From: Squalus acanthias
Taxonomy: Eukaryota
Direction: 5' to 3'
DNA: 64,000 nucleotides
Assembly: GCA_030390025.1 (NCBI GenBank)
Contig: CM059431.1
Location: 131,752,001-131,816,000, forward strand
Made by a program: the position numbers and the translations under genes. Below the pieces are notes generated by a model. That model did no database searches. It saw nothing but the letters and a program-made list of their open reading frames with translations, and had not been told where the DNA came from. Shown here one piece after another: positions 36,617-49,260 of this stretch (position 1 is the first letter of the stretch; each line of letters starts with the position of its first letter).

Positions 36617-39220
36617 AACAAGGTGCCATCAGATTGCTCATGGGTAATGATTGACTATTGTCTCAGGGAATACTCATTTGCTTTTCTGTATTTCAGGTAG
36701 CAGCCCTGTTATTCAGCTGAGAACACACTTACATTTGCTGACCATGCAGTCATTAAACTTCTTTCGAAACTGTTATGGAGCTCCCACTCTCAGCCACCTC
36801 TATCTCATGCTGCTGCATGTAATGGCTTCTTCCCAGGTATTAAACAATTGCCTCCCTCATTTCTCCAGTTTATCCCAGCAGCACTTGCAACATCCTCCTC
36901 TGAGATGTTAGCTGCTTGTCTTTTCCTTTCTGTCATTTCATTCCCGCTTACCCCTTTAATTGGATGCAGCCCTTTATATGATGATGTAGCACCTTTACTC
37001 ATTCTTTCCCGAATTTATCACTCTTCCACCCCCTCCCATTTGCTGGCAGAACTCCTGCCTTTGTCCCAACAGTATTGTGGAAATGAGGTGACCCCGGGAT
37101 TTCTGATGGGATGGGCATCCTAAGATTTCGGGAGGCTTAATTCCCACCCCGCTGCACTTACACCACTGCATCAGGAACACGGTGCATTCATTTTAGTGAC
37201 TGGCAAATTGGGAGCAGTTTGAGTGCTGATCTCTGTGCCCAATTCATAAATGTGTTTTTCCATTGAGCGGTGGGTGTGCAGTCTCTGATAACTTACCCTG
37301 TGATGCATAGTACTAACATAGTAAATTATTCTCCTATCCCAAATCAGTCCTGCCTTAGCGCAACAACCAATAACAGTGACATAAATGCTCATTTCATATT
37401 CTGTATTATTTATTTCTCCAATCTACTCCAGTTGATTAACTATTATAAGTAAATACAAATCTAAGATGCCTGAAGATTTTAATGCACCAATTACATCCTG
37501 TGGTTGCACCACATTTACAACATGTAAGAGAATTTCAACTGGTTAATTTTATTTGCACCAAAAAAGAGTAGTGAAGATCTAGGAAAGCAGCTGAAACTAC
37601 AAAAGATTACTTTAATGATTATTCAATGCATAAACATCAATAGCTTATTATCAAAAGAAATTCCATCATGTTTTATGAGAAACCTGGGAAATTGAAAGGA
37701 ATACTGCACCTAACAGTCCTTGGGCAAATTAAAAATGGAATTACCATTGATGCAAACTCATGTGATGCATTCAACATGAGGAATGAAATCTGGAATATTA
37801 CAGAGGGAGGATGGCAGTTCTGTAATGGCCTGCAAGTATGAAATATATTGGTGTAATAAACGGGCACATTAAACATTAATAAACTGTAGAAGCTCATCAG
37901 TCAGCAAACTCACATTGTAATGTGTCTCTAAATGCAAATGAAGCTGTAAAATTGTGACTTGGGGCTTGATCATCTCTAATGTGGAGACCTGATTTATCTT
38001 TGCAAATTTCCACCATCACTTCATAGTAATTAGTAATTAAAAACTGGTTGTTCATATTACTGTTAGATTTCCATATTTCCCCCTTTGTGATTTAACTGAG
38101 TTTATAATGTCCAGCCTGTGTTCATTACAAAGAAGACATTACTGGTTAAAGACATGCCAGATTGATTCACATCAATATATTAAAACACCTGCTTCAGAAA
38201 TTAGCCGTGCAGCATGAGTTCTGACTTTTTCTACTCAATTCTTTGTACACATGTCAAATATATAATACAGTGATAATGAAGTAAAGTTTTCTTTGTTGAT
38301 GTTGATGACTGGTATGTGTTCGTGAAACTACTTTTGTAGCCTAGTTAAAAATTATTTTCAAAAAATAATGAATTGTTCTGCTTAATGTGTCCTGAATAAA
38401 TTTCACATGGACTTGTCATGTGAATTAACCTGTGCTCTACTCAAATACAGGATTATCTTTCACACGATAAATATATTGCCTGCAGGTTAATTTTATTCCC
38501 AGTGCAAGCCATTTGTATCTGACAATCAATGCTTTCTGTAACAGGCTGGAAACTGAAGTACAATTGACTTGACCCTTTTTCTCTGGTTTGAGTCCCATGG
38601 CTGCATATCACACAAACTTATTCAATTCAATTCAATCAGACAGATTGGTCTGTTCTCAGCTGGGCTAGGTTCTGCATGATAAGGTGGACCATTCCACATT
38701 CAGAACGGGCATTGATACTGACACTTCCTGTACGAATCATACTTTCTGCTGGCTAATTGTGTTGTATTATATTGTAGTTCACACCAATAGATTCGATCTG
38801 GTGAACAGCTAATGACATTTTGCGTCCACATTATTTTGCATTCTGTATACACTGTACATGACAGCTGCAGTTGAATAAGCATTACTGACATTATATGCTC
38901 TGTACTAAATGCCACAAAAGCAGAATTCAAACATGATATTACAATGTCTATAAAATACTGTAGCAATAAATGTTTCATCTGATGGGACTAGTGGATGAAT
39001 TGCATATCTTCTGTCACTAGGTACAGATAAAGATTACAGATATAGAAAATAAGAGGGGCTAAGAGACGGTAAGAAAATAGATTGGCGGCTAATATAAAAG
39101 GGAATCCAAAGGTCTTCTATAGGCATAATAACAGTAAAAGAGTTGTCAGAGGAGCAGTGGGGCTGATTAGGGGAAAAATGGACATCTATTGGTGGAGGCA
39201 GAAGGCATAGCTAAGGTACT

Positions 39221-41093
39221 AAGAACATAGAACATAAGAAATAGGAGCAGGAATAGGCCACTTGGCCCCTCAAACCTGCTCCACCATTCAATAAGATCAT
39301 GGCTGATCTTGGGCTCAAAGCCACTTCCCTGCCCGCTCCCCATAACCCTTCACTCCCTTATCTTGCAAAAAGCTGTCGATCTCCAACTTAAATGTATTTA
39401 ATGACCCAGCCTTCACGGCTCTCTGGGGCAGAGAATTCCACAGATTTACGACCCTCTGAGAGAAGAAATTCCTCCTCATCTCAGTTCTAAAAGGGAGAAC
39501 CTTTATTCTGAAACTATGCCCCCGAGTTCTAGATTTCCCCACGAGGGGAAACATCCTCTCTGCATCTACCTTGTCGAGCCCCCTCAGTATCTTGTATGTT
39601 TCAATAAGATCACCTCTCATTCTTCTAAATTCCAATGAGTATAGGCCCAGCCTGCTCAACCTTTCTTCATAAGTCAACCCCTTCATCTCAGGAATCAACC
39701 GAGTGAATCGTCTCTGAACTGCCTCCAACGCAAGTATATCCTTCCCTAAATAAGGAGACCAAAACTGTACGCAGTACTCAAGGTGTAGTCTCACCAATAC
39801 CATGTACAGTTGTAGCAGGACTTCCCTGCTTTTATACTCCAACCCACTTGCAATAAAGGCCAACATTCCATTTGCCTTTTGATTACTTGCTGTACCTGCA
39901 TCGTAACTTTTTGTGTTTCATGCACAAGGACCCCAAGTCCCTCTGAACTGTAGCATTTTGTAATCTTTCTCCATTTAAATAATAATTTGCTTTTTTATTT
40001 TTCCTGCCAAAGTGGATAACCGCACTTTCCCACATTATACTCCATCTGCCAAATGTTTGCCCACTCACTTAGCCTGTCTATATCCCTTTGCAGATTCTTT
40101 GAGTCCTCTGCACAACTTGCTTTCCCACCCATCTTTGTATCATCCGCAAACTTGGCTACATTACACTCGGTCCCTTCATCCAGGTCATTAATGTAGATTG
40201 TAAATAGTTGAGACCCCAGCACCGATCCCTGTGGCTCCCCACTAGTTACCGTTTGCCAACCGGAAAATGGCCCATTTATCCCGACTCTCTGCTTTCTGTT
40301 AGTTAGCCAATTCTCTATCCATGCTAATATATTACCCCCAACTCCATGAGCTCTTATTTTATGCAGTAACCTTTTATTTGGCACCTTATCGAATGCCTTC
40401 TGGAAATCCAAAAACAGCACATCCACTGGCTCACCCTTATCCACCCTACTCGTTACATCCTCAAAGAACTCCAGCAAATTTGTTAAACATGATTTCCCTT
40501 TCATAAAACCATGCTGACTCTGCTTGACTGCATTATGATTTTCCAAATGCCCTGCTACTGCTTCCTTAATGAAGGACTCCAGCATTTTCCCAATGACAGA
40601 TGTTATGCTAACTGGTCTATAGTTTCCTGCTTTCTGTCTCCCTCCTTTCTTAAATAGGGGTGTTACATTTGCGGTTTTCCAATCCGCTGGGACCTCTCCA
40701 GAGTCCAGGGAATTTTGGTATATTGCAACCAATGCATCCACTATCTCTGCAGCCACTTCTTTTAAGACCCTGGGATGCAGGCCATCTGGTCCAGGGGACT
40801 TGTCATCTTTTAGTCCCATTATTTTACCAAGTACTTTTTCCTTAGTGATAGTGATTGTCTTTAGATCCCCCCCTCCCTGTGGCCCCTTGATTATCCATTA
40901 TTGGGATGTTGTTAGTGTCTTTTACCGTGAAAACAGATACAAAATATTTGTTTAGAGTCTCTGCCATTTTCCCGTTCCCCATTATTAATTCCCCATTCTC
41001 ATCCTCTAAGGGACCAACGTTTACTTTAGCTACTCTCTTCCTTTTTATATACCTGTAGAAGCTCTTACTATCTGTTTTAATATTTCTTACCAG
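39221..41093 (-). mobile_element. 5'-truncated CR1 LINE (RT pseudogene)
   Basis: ORFs 39995-40819 ([17 protein letters not shown]) and 39315-39866; frameshifts; TAA at both junctions. Confidence 0.95.
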
Positions 41094-41831
41094 TAAATGA
41101 CTACGTTGCATCGGTGTTCACCAAGGAAGAGGACTTTGCCAAAGCTAAGGTAAATGAGGATACTGGATGGGATGAAAATAGTTAAAGAGGAGGTACTAGA
41201 AAGGCTGGCAGTACTTAAAGTGGATAAGTCACCTGGTCCGGATGGGATGCATCCTAGGTTGCTGTGGAAGTAAGGGTAGAAATTGCAGAGGTGCTGGACA
41301 CAATCTTCCAATCCTCCTAAGATACAGAGGTGATGTCAAAGGACTGGAGGATTGCAAATGTTACACCCTTGTTCTAAAAGGAGAAGGATACACCTGGCAA
41401 TTACAGGCCAGTTAGTTTAACATTGGTGGTGGGGAAGTTTTTAGAAACAATAATCTGGGAGAAAATTAACAGCCACTTGGACAAGTATGGACCAATAAAG
41501 GAGAGCCAGCATGGATTTGTTAAGGGCAAATCATGTTTGACTAACTTGATTGAGTTTTTTGATGGAGTAACAGAGAGGGTGGATGAGGGTAGTGTAATTG
41601 ATGTGGTGTACATGGACTTTCAAAAGGCGTTTGATAAAGTACCATATAACAGGCTTGTTAGCAAAGTTGAAGCCCATGGGCTAAAAGGGGCAGTAGCAGC
41701 ATGGATACAAAATTGGCTAAGGGATAGAAAAAAGAGAGTTGTGGTGAATGGCTGTTTTCGGATTGGATGGAGATATACAGTGGTGTCCGCCAGGGCTCAG
41801 TACTAGGGCCACTGCTGTTTTTGATATAAAT

Positions 41832-42340
41832 GAGAAGTCGCACAACACCAGGTTATAGTCCAACAGTTTTATTTAAAATTATGAGCTTTCGGAGCTCTGC
41901 TCCTTCTTCAGGTACAGGTACAGTGAGGGGATACAAATCGATTACACATATATATAGAGAACAATGTGTCTGCAGAGATACAATCTGTTAGGGAGGCATT
42001 ACATCAAAGACACATCAGAGTACAGCTAAGACAATGAGGTGGGTCACAGGGGTCCAACGTGTCAAATGCTGCCGTCTGCAGTTAAGCTTTTAACTTTTTT
42101 TTTAAAACTGGAAAAACAGACAACGATGTCGAGTCACGTTCTGTAGTGTGACATGAACCCGAGATCCCTGTTGAGGCCGTCCTCATGGGTGCGGAACTTG
42201 GCTATCAGTTTCTGCTCAATGATTTTGCGTTGTCGTGTGTCTCGAAGGCCGCCTTGGAGAACGCTAACCTGCAGATCCGAGGCTGAATGTCCTTGACTGC
42301 TGAAGTGTTCCCCGACTGGGAGGTAACAATCCTGCCTGGC
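41832..42340 (-). mobile_element. Penelope-like 3' fragment (family P2)
   Basis: GIY-YIG C-terminus PVGEHFSSQGHS...RKIIEQKLIAKFRTHEDGLNRD; TSD GTTTTTGATATA (41817-41828 / 42341-42352). Confidence 0.9.
41878..41915 (-). ncRNA. minimal hammerhead ribozyme motif, core intact
   Basis: GUAC CUGAAGA A GGAGC AGA GCUCC GAAA GCUC AUA; 5-bp stem II, palindromic AGCU stem III. Confidence 0.75.
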
Positions 42341-43824
42341 GTTTTTGATATACATTAATGACTTGGACTTGGGGGTACAGGGCAGAATTTTAAAATTTAC
42401 GTTTGACTCTAATCTTGGAAGTGTAGTTAACAGTGAGGAAGATAGTAATAAACTTCAAGAGGACATAGACAGGCTGGTGGAAAGGGTGGACACATGGCAG
42501 ATGAAATTCAATGCAGAAAAGTGAGAGATGATACAATTTGGTAGGAAGAATGAGGAGAGACAATATATGCTAAATGGTACAATTTTAAAGGGGGTGCAAG
42601 AGAGAGGCCTGAGAGTGTTTGTGCACAAATCTTTGAAGGAGGCAGGACAAGTTAACAAAGCAGTTCATAAAGCATATGGGATCCTGGGCTTTCTAAATAG
42701 AGGCATAGACTACAAAATCCAGGAAGTTATGCTAAACCTATATAAAACACTAGTTTGGCCCTAGCTGGAGTGTTGTGTCCAATTCTGGGCACCACACTTT
42801 AAGAAGGATGTGAAGGCTTTGGAGAGGGTACAGAAGAGATTTATTAGAATGGTTCCAGGGATGAGGGATTACAGTTACGTGGATAGACTGGAGAAGCTGG
42901 GGTTGTTCTCCTTAGAGCAGAGAAGGCTAAGAGAAGATTTGATAGAGGTGTTTAAAATCATGAAGGGTTTAGATAGAGTAAATAAAGAGAAACTGTTTCC
43001 AATGGCTGAAGGGTCGATAACGAGAGGGCACAGATTTAAGGTGATTGGCAAAAGAACCAGAGGCAACATGAGGAAAAACTTTTTTTACGCAACGAGTGGT
43101 TAGGATTTGGAATGCCCTGCCTGATAGGGTGGTGGATACAGATTCAATAGTAGCCTTCAAAAGGAAATTGGATAAATATGTAAAGAAGAAAAAATTGCAG
43201 GATATGGGGAAAGAGTGGAGGAGTGGGAATAACTGGATTGCTCTTCGAAAGAGCTGGTGCAGACTTGATGGGCTGAATGGCCTCCTGTCCTGTACTATTC
43301 TATGATTCTATATAGATAATCAGGGATTGTTGCAATGAAATCATGTGTTGGAAACTCAGATTATACATGAGGTGAATAAACCTGTAAGATTTTCCTTAAA
43401 TATAGTGTGAACATAGACAAATTGTTCAGATGCACCATTACATAAGTAAAACTGTTGTGTAGGAAAACAAAAGCAGGCACATATTTGAACTCCAATACCT
43501 TGGAACACACTATGCTAGGATGCAAGTTTGTATCTGTGATTCCATATACTGTAAATCTCTAATCTCAGTTATGTTGTCATGTTGGGGAGGCTCCAAGTGC
43601 AGCACACATCCTTCTCCACAGAGAGCTGGAATATAAGCAGAGGGCAGGTCGCACTGAGCTGCATTCGTGTGTCTTCTAATGGTTGATAACAAAGCAGCAT
43701 TGGTAGATTTCTAAGAACAGATCTCCTGCATCATCCTCTCACCCAGAAGGTGCATTTACTGAGAAACCTCATAGACAAAAAATAAAATTTACGAAACAAA
43801 AATCACACTATTTTTTGTCTGGAT

Positions 43825-46190
43825 CATAGAATCATAGAATGACACAGCACAGAAGGAGGCCGTTCGGCCCATCGTGCCTGTACTGGCTCTTTGAAAGAGC
43901 TCTCCAATTAGTCCCACTCCCCTGCTCTTTCCCCATAGTGCTGCAAATTTTTCCCCTTCAAGTACAGTATTTATCCAATTCCCTTTTGAAAGTTATTATT
44001 GAATCTGCTTCCACCACCCTTTCAGGCAGTGCATTCCAGATCGTAACAACTCTCTGCGTAAAAAAAAATGTTTCCTCATGTAGCCTCTGGTTATTTTGCC
44101 AATTACTTTAAACCTGTGTTCTCTGGTAACCAACCCTTCTGCCACTGGAAACAAATTCTTCTTACTAACTTTATCAAAACCCCTCATGATTTTGAACATC
44201 TCTATTAAATCTCCCCTTAACCTTCTCTGCTCTAAGGAGAACAACACCAGTTTCTTTTGTCTTTTCATGTAACTGAAGTCTTTCATCTCTGGTACCTTTC
44301 TAGTAAATCTCCTCTGTGCCTTCTTAACTTGTCCTGCCACCATTAAAGACTTGTGTACGTACACCTCAGGTCTCTCTGTTCCTGCAAATCCTTTAAAAGT
44401 GTACCATTTATTTTATATTGCCTCTCCTCATTCTTCCGACCAAACTGAATCACTTCACACTTCTCCGCATTAAATTGTGTCTGCCCATTTCACCAGTCTG
44501 TCTATGACCTGCTGAAATCAGTTACTATCTTCCTCTCTATTTACGATATTTCCGAGTTTTGTGTCATCTGTAAACTTTGAAATGATGCCTTGTATACACA
44601 AATCCAGGTCATAAATATATCTCTAAAAGAGCAGTGGTCCCAGCACCGAAGCCTAGGGGACTCCATTGCATACTTCCCTCCTATCTGAAAAACAACCGTT
44701 CACCATTATGCTCTGCTTTTTGTCCCTTAGCCAATTTCATATCCACTCTGCCACTGTTCCTTTAATTCCATGGGTTTCAATTTTGCTAACAAGTCTATTA
44801 TGTGGTACTTTATCAAATGCCCTTTGAAAGTCTATATACACAACATCAACCTCACTACCCTCATCAACCCTCCCCGTTACTTCATCAAAGAACTCAATCA
44901 AGTTAGTCAAACACGATTATGCCGTTAAGAACAAATCCATGCTAGCTTTCATTTATTAACTCATATTTTTCCAAATGCTAATAATTTTTGTTCTGGTTTA
45001 GTGTCTTTCAGAGTTTCCCACCACCAATGCTGACTGGCCTGTAGTTGCCGGGTTTATCTCTCTCCCCTTTTTCAACAGGGGTGAAACATTTGCAATCCTC
45101 CAGTCCTCTGGCACCATTCCCATATCTAAGGAGGATTAGAAGATTGTGCCCAAAGCCTCCGCAATTTCCACCCTTATTTCCTCAGCAACCTAGATGCATC
45201 CCATCCGGACAGGGTGATTATTCTGCTTTAAGCGCTGCCAACCTTTTAAGTACCTCCCCTTTATCTATTTTTATCTTATCCAATGTTTCTATTACCCCTC
45301 CTTTACGGTGACATTGGCAGCATCCTCTTGCTTAGTGAAGACAAATGCAAAGTATTCATTTAGTACCTCAGCCATGCCCTCTGCCTCCACAAGAAGATCT
45401 CCTTTTTGGTCCCTAATCGGCCCCACCCTTCCTTTGACTACCCTTTTACTATTTATGTGTTTATAAAAGACATTTGGGTTCCTTTTTATGTTACCCACTA
45501 ATCTTTTCTCATTCACTCTCTTTGCCCCTCTTATTTCCTTTTTTGTTCTCTTAACTTTCTGTATTCAGCTTGGTCCTCTACTGAATTATGAACCTGACGT
45601 TCATCATAAACCTACTTTTTCTGTTTCATTTTAATCTCTATATCTTTTGTTATCCAGGGAACTCTGGCATTGGATGCCCTTCCTTTCTCCCTCGTGGGAA
45701 TGTGTCTAGTCTGTACCCGAACTATCTCCTCTTTGTAGGGCTTCCATTGTTCATTTACAGTATTACCTGCCAATCTTTGATTCTAATCCACCTGGCCCTT
45801 TTCAACTCCCTGAAATTAGCTCTCCTCCAGTTAAGTATTTGAATTTTCTTTGTCCTTTTCCATAATTACTCTAAACTTAATGATATTGTGATCACTGTTT
45901 CCCAAATGCGCCCCCCACTGAAACATACTCCATTTGTCCCACTTCATTCCCCCAAACTAGATCCAGCACTTCATCCTTCCTTGTTCAGCTCAGCTGGGAA
46001 CATACTGATCGAGAAAATTCTCTTGTGCACATTTCAGGAATTCCTCCCCCTCAACACTGCTATTTTTCCAGTCTATATTAGGAAAATTAAAGTCCCCCAT
46101 TATCACTGCGATAAAGTTCTTACACCTTTCTGCAATTTGCCTGCAAATTTGCTCCTCTAGCTCCTTCCCACTATTTGGTGGCCTATTATT
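43825..46190 (-). mobile_element. degraded CR1 LINE extending into the endonuclease domain
   Basis: RRLRGDLIEMFK, GNIKRNPNVFYKHIN, and GDFNF and RPPNSG remnants; (ATTCTATG)n tail at the left. Confidence 0.85.
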
Positions 46191-46774
46191 ACAAGTGGAA
46201 CATCACAAAATAAATTTAACGTCCAGTGTACACCATGACATCTTGGAGTTCAACCCCAATGCCTCCATAACAGCAGGGGGCAGTATTCATGAGCGATACT
46301 CTGTGTCTACTGCCTGGTAAGAGAAAGTTCTACTGCAGATGCCACTGGTATTGCTATGTGTTCAATGGCAGACTGCAGTGTAGTTAACTAGTGATCTTTT
46401 TTATATCACTTGTAGGACATGGCAGTGAGCCTCTGGGTGTTGGACTCCAGCACATTACCAGAGCACCTTCGAATGTACTATGAATGTTTGCAGTCTTCAG
46501 TTGAAAGCAGGTCTACTAGGGTTTGTATTTCCATACATCTCAGGAATGACATCTTCATGCTGTGCCTCAACCTTGTACCAGCTAGCCCCTCATCAACTGC
46601 CATCAACTTGACCCCTTCTTCACCAGTGCCCAGTACCTCAGTGTATACTTCCTTCTCAGTATCACTGTGTACAGTGTACTCTTGATAATTCAAAGTTGTT
46701 CTTTGTGCTAAAAAATGAATATCTAGTCATTTCAATTGAGCAAAATAAATAACATAGGAAAGTAGGAATTTAGT

Positions 46775-48637
46775 GGAAATAAGTATAAATAAGGAGGTTA
46801 CCTATTACTTAGAAAATAAGAATCTAAATGGGGTAGAGGAGTAAAGGGATCTAGGAGTACAATACACAAAGCACTAAAAGTTGTGACGCAGGTCAATAAG
46901 GCCATAACAAAAGCAAACTAAGCACCAGGGTTTATTTCTAGAGGGATAGAATTGAAAGTAGAGCAGTTATGCTAAACTTGTATTAACCTTGGTTAGACCA
47001 CACTTGGAGTACTGTGTACAGTTCTGGTCACTATATTATAAAAAGGATATAGAGGCACTGGAGAGGGTGCAGAGAAGATTTACAGGGATGATACCAGAAA
47101 TGCGAGGTTATACCTATCAGGAAAGGATGAACAGGCTGGGTCTCTTTTCTCTTGAAAAGAGAAGGCTGAGGGGTGACCGAATAGAAGTCTTTAAAATTAT
47201 GAAAGGTTTTGATAGAGTAGACATAGAGGCCGCGATTTTGCCGGCGCTCAGCGGACCCAATTGGTGGTGGGTCAGCTGTGAAGTTTAAAATGATTGACAG
47301 CAGGTCAGGAACTCGCTGTCAAAACGCGCACACCTGCATTTCCCGATGTCGAGTCTGTCAGTGCTGAGCAGACAGTGCCCAAGCCATTCCTTTCACACTC
47401 ATCACCATTGTTATGTCTCACCATTCACTGCAACTCAGTAATTCACTTCCAAATGTGCACACTAATCTGTCCAAGAATGCAAAGTGTTGAAAATAAAGCT
47501 TTCAATGTTTGACAGCACATTAACAGAAACTTCACATGAACATTGGCTAAAACACACAAGTGCCAACCCTTGTGTGTCGTTAGTTGGTATGATTGCGCTA
47601 GGATGAGGGTGAGTGTGAGGGGTGGCTAGTGAGATGGGGAAGTGATAATGTAGATAGAGGGATGGGTGGAGGTGCAAGGTAAGTTGGTGTGAGTAAGGAT
47701 GTGCAGGAGTAGGTTAGGGAAGGCAGAGTGATGGGGATGTGATGAGTGGCACAGCAGGATGAGGCTGAGTGTGGCTTTGCAGTAACGTTTCGTGATCTAC
47801 TGAGATCATTGAAAGGTTTGCGCCACTGCAGCCTGGTCCTCCTGATGACATCCCTGCTTGTGCCCTCCTGTGCAATGTGCAACCAGGCTGCGTTTGTCTC
47901 CTGTGGAGGTCTCTTCCGCCCCTTGGAAGGGAAGAGAACCTTCTTGCGTACTGTGACTCCCTCCATAAGCATATGGAGGGAGTCATGGGAGAGCCTGGGT
48001 GCAGCCGTGCACCTCTGTGCAGTGCTTGTCAAGTGTTTGCAGCACCTCAATGCTGTAGAACCCTGACTAGACAAATGTCAAAGTAAATTTGTGTGTGGTC
48101 CCTTTAAGGAAACTGGCTGATGACATAAATTACGTCATCAGATCCGCTTCCTTCAATTGGCCGGGAAACTTGCTGGGCGGGCTTAACAAGCCCAATCAGG
48201 GGAAAGTCATGTCGGAGGCCGGGATGGAGCCAGCAGCGAGATCTGGACCCGCCACTGACGTCGCCTGCCTTGGACTCGCCGAAGTAGGGAAATTCGCGGT
48301 CAGAGAGTGTTTCCACTTGTGGGAAGAGCAAAACTAGAGGCCATCAATATAAATAGTCACCAAGAAATCAAATAGAGAATTCAGAAGAAACTTCTTTATC
48401 CAAAGAGTGGTGAGAATGTGGAACTCGTTACCACAGGGAGTCGTTGAGGCGAATAATATAGATGCATTTAAAGGGAAGCTATATAAGCATATCAGGGAGA
48501 CAGGAAGAGAGGGTTATGCTGATAGAGTTAGATGAGGAAAGATGGGAGGAGACTCGAGTGGAGCATAAACGCCGTCATGGACTGGTTGGGCCAAATGGCC
48601 TGTTTCTGTGCCGTATACCCTATGTAATCCTATGTAA
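46775..48637 (+). mobile_element. CR1 3' fragment (different subfamily), split by a Harbinger element
   Basis: VRPHLEYCVQFWS...GFDRVDI | VFPLVG; tail CCTATGTAATCCTATGTAA. Confidence 0.85.
47228..48301 (-). mobile_element. family A non-autonomous Harbinger element
   Basis: TIR GGCCGCGATTTT / AAATTCGCGGTC; TSD AGA; Myb remnant nearly identical to 5950-6160. Confidence 0.9.
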
Positions 48638-49260
48638 GCAGATAATTTGAATCAAGTGAATTTAGAGGAACAGGCTGTATTTCTCCTGTTGTGTGTATCT
48701 TTGTTGGTGCCTGCTTGAGCTGGGATTGGTGATATTTGGTGTTGAGGAGAATGATGCTTTTTGGGTGAGCTTCCTCTGTGAAGAGAGCAGATGGTACATT
48801 ATTATTTCATAAGCATACTTAGCTATTTGAATACCGTGTTGTTATTACATCTACTATAAAGGGCCGAATTTTGCCCTGAGCAGTGAACAAGTGGTACCAG
48901 TCATTTTTTAGACTTGTACTTGCCCATAGAGTTTCTATGGGATTTTGCACGGCAAGTTGCTGTCAATCAACTATCCAAAAATTGCAGCACCCCGTAAATT
49001 CAATGTCAAATCAGGTACAGCAAGCAAAATAAAGAGAGGGAAAGAAAGATTGGATTACGAGAGAGAGATAAAAGAGACGGAAAGAAAAGAGTAAAAATCA
49101 TTAAAAAAAAGTCTCCAACAATTATTAAAAGCTGAAGGAATGAGACTCCACACTTGTAAAAGTTCATTTTAAGTGCCAGAGTGCTTGTTTGGCACTAATT
49201 ATTACCATGCCGTTAAAAGGGTACTTAAACTGGAATGGACAAGCCCCAACTTTCTGTGGT

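Larger units (their letters stand above)
39050..43312 (+). mobile_element. CR1 LINE hosting a second CR1 and a PLE
   Basis: Segments 39050-39222, 41094-41831 and 42341-43312 join colinearly ([22 protein letters not shown], (ATTCTATG)n tail). Confidence 0.9.

Noticed and set aside
36698..36836. Possible exon after a good acceptor
   Set aside because: Weak donor (GTATTA), unrecognisable peptide and incompatible phase.
46300..46620. Possible ancient Harbinger transposase remnant on the minus strand
   Set aside because: Only faint echoes (MSFL, IPVA); too degenerate to support without an HMM search.
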